A stretch of 55,329 nucleotides of DNA from Ferroacidibacillus organovorans (GTDB lineage Bacteria; Bacillota; Bacilli; Alicyclobacillales; SLC66): NCBI RefSeq assembly GCF_001642725.1, contig NZ_LSUQ01000013.1:1-55329 (forward strand). Direction: 5' to 3'. The notes beneath the pieces are model-generated. The model searched no databases. It saw only the letters and a list, made by a program, of their open reading frames with translations, and had not been told where the DNA came from. Below are positions 48,175-55,329 of this stretch, in pieces. The position numbers and the translations under genes are program-made. Position 1 is the stretch's first letter, and the number at the start of each line of letters is the position of its first letter.

Positions 48175-48492
48175 CTACGCTTTTTCTTGAAAGGAACGGG
48201 ATGCCATAATCGTGCCCATCATTTTCTCTGAGAGTTTTTCGGCCTGCTGAAGCAACTGCTGTTGGGTATCACACATTTTATAAAGTTTGCCAAGTTCATC
48301 TCGTTGAGATGCTGTCAGTTGCGTGTTTTGTGATTCGATCATTCGTACGGAACTGCATTGTTCTGCAATGTAATGCAGCAATACATCTGGCCGGTTTTCA
48401 ATCAATGCAGCTTTCGCATTTTCCAAAGATGTGCGCAATTTGTCGATCCACGAATCAATCGCGTTGCTATTTTCTACAAAATTCGCCGTCAT
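48175..48492 (-). CDS. FlgN-like export chaperone
   Basis: Small helical protein between flgM-like gene and flgK. Confidence 0.55.
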   Translation of the reverse strand: MTANFVENSNAIDSWIDKLRTSLENAKAALIENRPDVLLHYIAEQCSSVRMIESQNTQLTASQRDELGKLYKMCDTQQQLLQQAEKLSEKMMGTIMASRSFQEKA

Positions 48493-48505
48493 TATGGTGA
48501 AAACC

Positions 48506-48778
48506 TCACATCTGGAATTTCGTTAGTTCGCTCGTGTTCATTATTTTTTGAGCGAGTGGACCCAAATCGATTACATAGGCGCCTTGGGCGATCGTCTGCT
48601 TTAATTGATCTAGTTCTTTTTGACGAGTTGCCGAAACCTTTTTTGAGTTTTCAGTCGCTACAGTTTGAGCTGTCTTTTCCTGTTTTACTTGATTCCCACG
48701 TTCTGCTTTAGTCTGGCTGTTTGTCCCGTGTTGAGCAGGTGTGGCGATCGACTTTGATAACGAATTAAAATTTGTCAT
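48506..48778 (-). CDS. flgM: Anti-sigma-28 factor FlgM
   Basis: RQKELDQLKQTIAQGAYVID...AQKI C-terminal motif. Confidence 0.8.
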   Translation of the reverse strand: MTNFNSLSKSIATPAQHGTNSQTKAERGNQVKQEKTAQTVATENSKKVSATRQKELDQLKQTIAQGAYVIDLGPLAQKIMNTSELTKFQM

Positions 48779-48802
48779 CGGTGATCTACCCCCTCACTCC
48801 TA

Positions 48803-48829
48803 TAATCGGTCGTATTTCGACTGATTTTG
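48803..48829 (-). promoter_or_regulatory. Sigma-28-like promoter upstream of flgM
   Basis: CAAA-N15-ACCGATTA versus consensus TAAA-N15-GCCGATAA. Confidence 0.5.
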
Positions 48830-48833
48830 CGCT

Positions 48834-49388
48834 TTATCGCGATACATCCAATTTTTTTTTGAGTTTTTCTATGGTTTTTTGATAACGACGCGTAATGGTT
48901 GAGACAGCCACATCCAAAACGTAAGCAATTTCTGTGAAATTGTATCCATCCTTGATGTGCAAAGATAAAAGGAGTTGTTCATCATGACTCAATTCTTTTA
49001 ACGCATTCATAACGTCCATCCACAGTTCCTGATCAATGTTTCCGTCATCTGATGTAATATCAAGCGCGTGATCAATCGAGATCGTATTTGGCATTTGATA
49101 AGCCTGTAGTTTTTGTTGATAGGAGCGTGTGACTTTTACTGGATACGAATTGCGCACAGCGTCGCGCATAGCAAATTTGACTTGTTGGCGGAAGATGATA
49201 GCCAGCGCGTCAAAATCCCATGGACTACCTTCTTGATTTAGCCTCACACAAAACTGCCACCAACGATTTTTTGCGACCGCTATAAGGTCGTCCGCGTCAA
49301 TGATGCTACTCTTGCGAAGCTGAGTGTAGCGGTACGATAAACGTCGTATATAGGCGGTTTGTTCATCAGTTAATGAAAATAGATCCAT
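48834..49388 (-). CDS. Short sigma-70 family factor, FliA/SigD-like
   Basis: DDL, AMRDAVR, VTRS, region-4 HTH (LSL...GYNFTEIAYVLDVAVSTITR); 184 aa. Confidence 0.7.
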   Translation of the reverse strand: MDLFSLTDEQTAYIRRLSYRYTQLRKSSIIDADDLIAVAKNRWWQFCVRLNQEGSPWDFDALAIIFRQQVKFAMRDAVRNSYPVKVTRSYQQKLQAYQMPNTISIDHALDITSDDGNIDQELWMDVMNALKELSHDEQLLLSLHIKDGYNFTEIAYVLDVAVSTITRRYQKTIEKLKKKLDVSR

Positions 49389-49565
49389 AGATGTTCTCTC
49401 CGTTGATCCGCTTCAATAGAATTGCAAACTATAAGATTTACCATATCACAAAAGGGGACGAAGTGTCTGAAGGAATCAATAATATATATCTAAAAATTCC
49501 GCCGATCGTTGCGCGAGAGGTGTGCGGTGGTATAATAGGTGCATCTTCCACAGGGAGGCTAGCGT

Positions 49566-50123
49566 ATGAACATTCACATTCGTGGTGATCATCATTTGGA
49601 CGTCACGCAAGCTCTCAAGCAGTATGTTGAGAAAAAAGTGGGGCGCATGGAGCGCTATCTTGAGGCTTCGCAAGTGCACGATGTGTCAGTTACGATGAGT
49701 GTCACGCGCGGTATTCATACCGTTGAGGTCATGGTTCCGTTGGGACAAGCTATGCTCAGGGCGGAAGAACGCTCAGACGATATGTATGCGTCAGTCGATC
49801 TGGTGATGGATAAACTTGAAAAACAACTGGAGAAATATCGGCATCGCGCGGGTCAGAAAGTGGGGCACCGCCTTAAAGTAGAAGGTTTCAAAGCAAAAGA
49901 AGGTCCACGCGTAAGCGTGACGGATGAGCAACTGGAAGAAGATGAAGCGGATGTTGTGCGCGTGAAGCGTTTTGATATGAAACCGATGTATGTTTCTGAA
50001 GCGATTCTGCAAATGGATCTTCTCGGTCACGATTTTTTTGTCTTCGCGAATGCAGAGGATGAGAAAACGAGTGTCGTCTATCGCCGACGCGATGGACAAT
50101 TCGGATTGATCCAGTCGCTGTAA
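49566..50123 (+). CDS. hpf: Ribosome hibernation promoting factor, long form
   Basis: VTQALKQYVEKK, DMYASVD, KPM..EAILQM.LLGHDFFVF, VYRR.DG.FGLI. Confidence 0.93.
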   Translation: MNIHIRGDHHLDVTQALKQYVEKKVGRMERYLEASQVHDVSVTMSVTRGIHTVEVMVPLGQAMLRAEERSDDMYASVDLVMDKLEKQLEKYRHRAGQKVGHRLKVEGFKAKEGPRVSVTDEQLEEDEADVVRVKRFDMKPMYVSEAILQMDLLGHDFFVFANAEDEKTSVVYRRRDGQFGLIQSL

Positions 50124-50263
50124 GACGGTATTTGCCGGGCAGTTTGATTTCGCGAGAGGCGTGAAACCTTGACAGGCTCCTTGCATACAACTAGAAAACA
50201 GGGCGTTTTTTCGACGGGGCTTTGTCGTTGAGACGCGTGTGATCGACGGTGTAATGTGAGGGA

Positions 50264-50530
50264 GTGAGAGGCGTGGGACTGCTTGTGTGGATCTTGCAGA
50301 TCATCGCTTTTCTCGTCGTCTGGAAGGTTGTTCATCTTCTTTATTGGAATGCGCGTAAATTGCTTGGCTCTCGGTCGCTGCTTTTGACAATGTTTGTTAC
50401 GTTTTGCATTGCGTTGTTGGCAGTGATCCTGTTTCACGCCTTTCACACCGTTTGGGCGGGCGTGTTGATTGCGGCGTTTGTTCTTGGAATCGGTAACGCA
50501 GAGTACGAGTTGAACCGTGAGGCGCCGTGA
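50264..50530 (+). CDS. Small hypothetical membrane protein
   Basis: Three hydrophobic segments in 88 aa; GAGG/GGAG upstream. Confidence 0.55.
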   Translation: MRGVGLLVWILQIIAFLVVWKVVHLLYWNARKLLGSRSLLLTMFVTFCIALLAVILFHAFHTVWAGVLIAAFVLGIGNAEYELNREAP

Positions 50531-50570
50531 GTACGATGAAGCGCGTGACCTAGATATGCAGTGTGATGGT

Positions 50571-50599
50571 AAGGGAGGGGTCATGCGCCCCTCCCTTTT
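50571..50599 (+). terminator. Rho-independent terminator
   Basis: AAGGGAGGGG-loop-CCCCTCCCTT followed by TT. Confidence 0.6.
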
Positions 50600-50708
50600 A
50601 GGTTGCGCGCACTTAGGCGTACAAGGTACAATGCATTATTAGGGGACGTATGTCTCAACTGCGGTTTTGCAAATCGCCGCTGACAGCAGCGGAGGGAGTG
50701 AAGCCCAC

Positions 50709-53102
50709 GTGATCGGGCTGATTAAACGAGTTGTTGGTAGTACAAATGAGCGTGAAGTCAAAAGACTACTTAAAATTGTTGACAAAGTTCGCGGGCTGGA
50801 GCCGACCTATGAAGCGATGTCGGATGATGAGTTGCGCTCGCAAACGGATCTGTTCAAAGCGCGTTACCAGCAAGGTGAGCGACTTGACGCCATGTTGCCC
50901 GAAGCGTTTGCGGTTGTTCGCGAGGCGGGCAAACGCGTGCTCGGCATGCGCCACTTCGACGTCCAGTTGCTTGGGGGGATGGTTCTTCACCAAGGTCGCG
51001 TCGCTGAAATGAAGACCGGTGAAGGAAAGACGCTCGTTTCTACGCTGCCCGCTTACCTTAATGCGCTGACGGGAAAAGGCGTTCACATCATTACGGTGAA
51101 TGACTATCTCGCACGGCGTGACAGCGAATGGATGGGGCGTATTCACCGCTTTTTGGGTCTCGCGGTGGGGTTGAATGTGCATGGTCTCTCGCACGCTGAA
51201 AAGCAAGAAGCGTATTTGGCTGATGTGACGTATGGTACGAATGCAGAGTTCGGGTTTGACTATCTGCGCGACAACATGGTGATGAATACAGAAGAGATGG
51301 TTCAACGTCCGCTTCACTACGCAATTGTTGACGAAGTGGACAGTATTTTGATCGATGAGGCAAGAACGCCTTTGATCATCTCGGGGCCGGGCGAAAAATC
51401 AACGGATCTCTATTTTATGGCGGATTTATTTGTGCGTTCGCTGGTGCATGAAGAAGATTATACGTTTGATGAAAAAGCGCGCACGGCGAACCTCACCGAT
51501 CAAGGTGTGCATAAAGCGGAGCGCTACTTCCGTCTGGAAAACTTGTTTGACCCACTTCACATCACTACAAATCATCACATTACGCAAGCGCTCAAGGCGC
51601 ATGCACTGATGCATCGGGACAAGGATTACGTCGTTCTCGGCGAGGAAGTCGTCATTGTCGATGAGTTTACAGGGCGGATGATGCAGGGCAGGCGTTATAG
51701 TGACGGATTGCATCAGGCGATTGAGGCAAAAGAAGGCGTCAAGGTACAGAATGAGTCGCGCACGCTCGCGACGATTACGCTGCAGAATTATTTCCGCATG
51801 TATGAAAAGCTGTCTGGTATGACCGGGACTGCCAAAACGGAACAGCAAGAATTTGTCGATATCTATGCGATGGATGTAGTGACGATTCCATCGAATCGCC
51901 CTAATCTGCGCAAAGATATGTCAGATGTTGTCTACAAGACCGTGAAAGGGAAATTTCAGGCGGCTGTCCTTGAAATTGAAGCGAGACATCGCACGGGTCA
52001 ACCGATTCTTGTTGGTACGACATCCATTGAAAAATCGGAGTTACTCTCCGGGATGCTTCGCGCCAAAGGTATTCCTCATCAAGTCCTCAACGCAAAGCAC
52101 CACGAGCGCGAGGCTGAGATTGTCTCGCACGCGGGCGGGCATGGCATGGTGACGATCGCCACGAACATGGCGGGACGGGGAACGGACATTCACCTTGGCG
52201 AAGGTGTCGCAGAATTAGGCGGTATGCATATCATCGGTACGGAACGGCATGAGAGCCGCCGAATTGACAACCAATTGCGCGGGCGCGCCGGTCGTCAAGG
52301 TGACCCAGGGTCGTCTCAATTTTATTTGTCACTGCAGGACGATCTCATGCGACTGTTTGGATCGGATAACATCATGGGGCTCATGGATAAGCTCGGTATT
52401 GAGGAAGACCAGCCGATTGAGAATGGAATGGTCTCAAAAGCGATTGAACGCGCGCAGCGGAAGGTCGAGGCAAACAATTACGATGTTCGCAAACACGTTC
52501 TAAAATACGATGATGTGATGAACAAGCAGCGCGAAGTGATTTATACGCAGCGTCGCCGCATTCTGCAAGAGCAGGTTCTGCGCCCTATTATTGAAGGGAT
52601 GTGCAGGGATCTGGGGGATTTTATGATTCAAACGTATTGCCTCCAAGATCAAGTTCCCGAAGATTGGGATCTAAAGGGGCTTCTTGAATATGGGGAGCAC
52701 ACTTTCTTGACGCCGCATAGAGTGACGGAAGAAGAACTGCGGCGCTTTGAACGAGAAGAACTCCAGGAGTTTTTGTACAATCAGGTGGACGTTGAATACA
52801 ACTTGCGCGAAGAAACGCTGGGCGAGTTCGTTCGCGAGCTTGAGCGAATTGTTCTGCTGCGCACGGTAGATTCGAAGTGGATGGATCACATCGATGCAAT
52901 GGAGACGTTAAGACAAGGCATTCATCTTCGCTCGTACGGTCAGCTGGATCCGCTTACGGCGTATCAACAAGAGGGTTTCCAGATGTTTGAGGATATGATT
53001 CACAGCATTCAGGAAGAGGTCGCTACGTATGTGTTTAAGGCGCAGGTCAACATGCCGGATTTGCCGCCTGAGACGCCGGAGCCGCTTTATACTTCTTCGT
53101 GA
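50709..53102 (+). CDS. secA: Preprotein translocase ATPase SecA
   Basis: [48 protein letters not shown] at 50709 after GGAGGGAG. Confidence 0.97.
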   Translation: MIGLIKRVVGSTNEREVKRLLKIVDKVRGLEPTYEAMSDDELRSQTDLFKARYQQGERLDAMLPEAFAVVREAGKRVLGMRHFDVQLLGGMVLHQGRVAEMKTGEGKTLVSTLPAYLNALTGKGVHIITVNDYLARRDSEWMGRIHRFLGLAVGLNVHGLSHAEKQEAYLADVTYGTNAEFGFDYLRDNMVMNTEEMVQRPLHYAIVDEVDSILIDEARTPLIISGPGEKSTDLYFMADLFVRSLVHEEDYTFDEKARTANLTDQGVHKAERYFRLENLFDPLHITTNHHITQALKAHALMHRDKDYVVLGEEVVIVDEFTGRMMQGRRYSDGLHQAIEAKEGVKVQNESRTLATITLQNYFRMYEKLSGMTGTAKTEQQEFVDIYAMDVVTIPSNRPNLRKDMSDVVYKTVKGKFQAAVLEIEARHRTGQPILVGTTSIEKSELLSGMLRAKGIPHQVLNAKHHEREAEIVSHAGGHGMVTIATNMAGRGTDIHLGEGVAELGGMHIIGTERHESRRIDNQLRGRAGRQGDPGSSQFYLSLQDDLMRLFGSDNIMGLMDKLGIEEDQPIENGMVSKAIERAQRKVEANNYDVRKHVLKYDDVMNKQREVIYTQRRRILQEQVLRPIIEGMCRDLGDFMIQTYCLQDQVPEDWDLKGLLEYGEHTFLTPHRVTEEELRRFEREELQEFLYNQVDVEYNLREETLGEFVRELERIVLLRTVDSKWMDHIDAMETLRQGIHLRSYGQLDPLTAYQQEGFQMFEDMIHSIQEEVATYVFKAQVNMPDLPPETPEPLYTSS

Positions 53103-53208
53103 TTTTGCAAAGTGAAAATCGTGGGGTAGTAATTAGGTAGACCGCAATGCGCGTGCAGTGTGCGCGTGCATTTTGCGGTCTTTTCAATAGAATCAGGAGG
53201 CGGTTTTT

Positions 53209-54355
53209 ATGGCAGAAACGTTTGGTGAATTGCGTCAACAGCTTTCGATTATGGACCAACGCTTGGTCGACATTGGGAGGTCTCTTTGACGTCCCTGCCA
53301 AAACATCGCGTATTGCACAACTTGAGCATCAAATGTCGATCCCGACGTTTTGGGATGATGCGGATGGAGCTAAACAAGTCATCGCAGAGTTGAATCAGAT
53401 CAAAGGTGTCACGGAGCATTTCGGCGAGATGCGTACACGGATGGATGATCTTGTTTTAACGCTTGAGCTTGCGCAAGAAGAAGATGACGGAGAACTATTC
53501 AAGGAAGCGAACAGAAAAGCGGACGAATTTAAATTAGCGTTGGACGAGTTCGAATTGGAGCTGTTGCTCGACGGTCCGTATGACCACAACAACGCCATCT
53601 TTGAGCTTCATCCTGGCGCTGGCGGGACGGAGTCGCAGGACTGGGCAGCGATTTTGCTGCGAATGTACACGCGGTGGGCGGAAGGTCGCGGTTATAAAGT
53701 CGAGACGCTTGACTATCAGCCTGGTGACGAGGCAGGCGTAAAGAGTGTGACCCTTATGATCAAGGGATACAATGCGTATGGATACTTAAAAGCGGATAAA
53801 GGCGTCCATCGGTTGGTGCGGATCTCTCCGTTTGATAGCTCAGGTCGGCGACACACGTCATTCGCGTCGGTTGATGTGATGCCGGAGCTTGATGACAGCG
53901 TGGAAATTGATATTCGCACGGACGAGATCAAAGTGGATACGTATCGCTCAACGGGAGCTGGCGGACAGCACGTGAATACGACAGACTCTGCCGTGCGCAT
54001 TACGCACCTTCCAACGGGTGTCGTTGTGACGTGTCAGAGTGAGCGTTCGCAAATTCAAAACCGTGCGGTTGCGATGAAGATCTTGGCGGCGCGCCTCTAT
54101 GAGCGTAAGCGCGAAGAACAAGAGGCGGCACTCGCTGCAATTCGAGGCGAACAGAAGGACATTGCCTGGGGTAGTCAGATTCGCTCCTATGTATTTCATC
54201 CGTATTCGATGGTTAAAGATCACCGTACAGGGTACGAGGTAGGAAACGCGCAAGGGGTAGTTGATGGCGATCTCGATGGGTTTGTGAATGCGTATTTGCG
54301 ATGGCAATTGCATCGTCGCTCTTCGCAAACGGATGCTGAGGAGGGGAATTTGTGA
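53209..54355 (+). CDS. prfB: Peptide chain release factor 2, joined by programmed +1 frameshift
   Basis: ATG 53209 frame ends CTT TGA C at 53284-53290; the +1 frame carries SPF and GGQ motifs. Confidence 0.96.
53275..53290 (+). promoter_or_regulatory. prfB programmed frameshift site
   Basis: GGGAGG-TCT-CTTTGAC: internal SD followed by the slippery CTT-TGA-C. Confidence 0.93.
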
Positions 54356-55245
54356 TTGGAAATGAACTCCTGAGTGAACGCGCCGTGACAAGGCGCTTTC
54401 ACGTGGTGGATGCAGTGATGACAGAACACGGCGCGCGAATGGATGCTACTGGGGATCGCTGGTTGCTCGAACAAACGATTGCGACGGGGAGCGAGCGACG
54501 CAATCTTTTGCGAAGAATTCCGCTTGTCGAAGGTTCGGCCGTTCTTGACGTCGGGGTGGGATTTGGAGCGCTTGCGTTTGACGTGGCGGCGCTTTATCCA
54601 GTTCGTGTGGTAGGCGTCGATCAAAATCCAGAGATGATTGACCACGCGACAGTGCTCTGCGAACAAATACGCAGCGCAGATGGATTCATTCCTGGATCTA
54701 CGCTCTCGTTTCAATTGGGGGATGCACAAAAATTACCTTTTCCTGATGGGTCGTTTGACATGGTCATGGCGCGCTTTGTTTTTCAGCATTTATCCGAACC
54801 TATTGTCGCGGCAAAGGAAATTGCGCGTGTCTTAAAGGTTGGGGGTGTGGCGTGTCTCGTCGATGTGGATGAGGCGTTGTCGCTATCTTATCCTGAAGAA
54901 TCCTCTGCGTTTACACTCCTTTATAGTGCGTTTCGAGCGTTGCAGATGGAGAATGGCGGTGATCGTCAAGTCGGGCGAAAACTTGCGCACTATCTCGCGG
55001 AATTTGGGGAGCTTGAAGTCATTGGCACTTTTGTAGACCATCAGGCGCATCACGGTCGACTCTCTGATCTCTCCATGCAACTGACGGTTGCGCGTTTTGA
55101 ACAGGTGCGTAGTGATGTGATCGAGCGGGACCTTTTGGATGCAGAGCGTTATGATCATGCGTTGGAAGCGTTTCGGAGGGAAGGCCAGGCGGCGCGGTTT
55201 CAATCGGTTGGACAAGTCACTGTTTTCGCACAGAAGAAGCTTTAA
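54352..55245 (+). CDS. Class I SAM-dependent methyltransferase
   Basis: [33 protein letters not shown]; overlaps prfB stop. Confidence 0.88.
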   Translation: MIGNELLSERAVTRRFHVVDAVMTEHGARMDATGDRWLLEQTIATGSERRNLLRRIPLVEGSAVLDVGVGFGALAFDVAALYPVRVVGVDQNPEMIDHATVLCEQIRSADGFIPGSTLSFQLGDAQKLPFPDGSFDMVMARFVFQHLSEPIVAAKEIARVLKVGGVACLVDVDEALSLSYPEESSAFTLLYSAFRALQMENGGDRQVGRKLAHYLAEFGELEVIGTFVDHQAHHGRLSDLSMQLTVARFEQVRSDVIERDLLDAERYDHALEAFRREGQAARFQSVGQVTVFAQKKL

Positions 55246-55329
55246 AAAAGACTTTTGTTAATGGATACAAATTCCAGTATAAAATGTGGGATAAAAGGTT
55301 TGACATGATGCGCGAGGGGTGATATATTA

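Noticed and set aside
40650..49565. Phase-variable invertible segment
   Set aside because: No flanking inverted repeats or recombinase gene found by eye.
53147..53208. ORF-track start for prfB
   Set aside because: Artefact of the +1 frameshift; the true start is ATG 53209 with an AGGAGG RBS.
53287..53289. In-frame stop in prfB as a pseudogene or novelty
   Set aside because: Well-known autoregulatory programmed frameshift.

Overview
A 55-kb chromosomal window from a spore-forming Bacillota genome. SASP, comFC-yvyF, hpf-secA-prfB and flagellar proteins almost free of basic residues suggest an acidophilic Alicyclobacillaceae-like organism; the taxon is inferred. The left half (1-21.6 kb) is an accessory cell-surface region. 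It holds IS remnants, a GT-C membrane glycosyltransferase, an rmlDABC dTDP-rhamnose operon, a sulfotransferase, several Ser/Thr-rich secreted proteins, a cold-shock gene and moaA, and is peppered with intact and decayed toxin-antitoxin modules. The middle is mostly housekeeping: LCP-tagA-LCP, SASP, M15 peptidase, metK, diguanylate cyclase, FolC-like ligase, HTH-TPR regulator, phoU-recD2-phoPR, degV and comFC. The right part carries a late-flagellar block on the opposite strand to its usual context, then hpf, secA, frameshifted prfB and a methyltransferase. Best novelty candidates: (1) an AT-rich two-gene operon at 7136-8175 encoding a dCTP-deaminase homolog that has lost its catalytic residues and carries a histone-fold-like tail, coupled to a 2-TM protein whose soluble part also looks histone-like (candidate nucleotide-sensing defence system); (2) a glycosyltransferase-TPR-FliS fusion with an internal RBS, inside an inverted flagellar block that has its own short sigma factor and nearly Lys/Arg-free filament proteins; (3) two candidate small RNAs. 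All homology calls come from motif recognition by eye; no searches were run.
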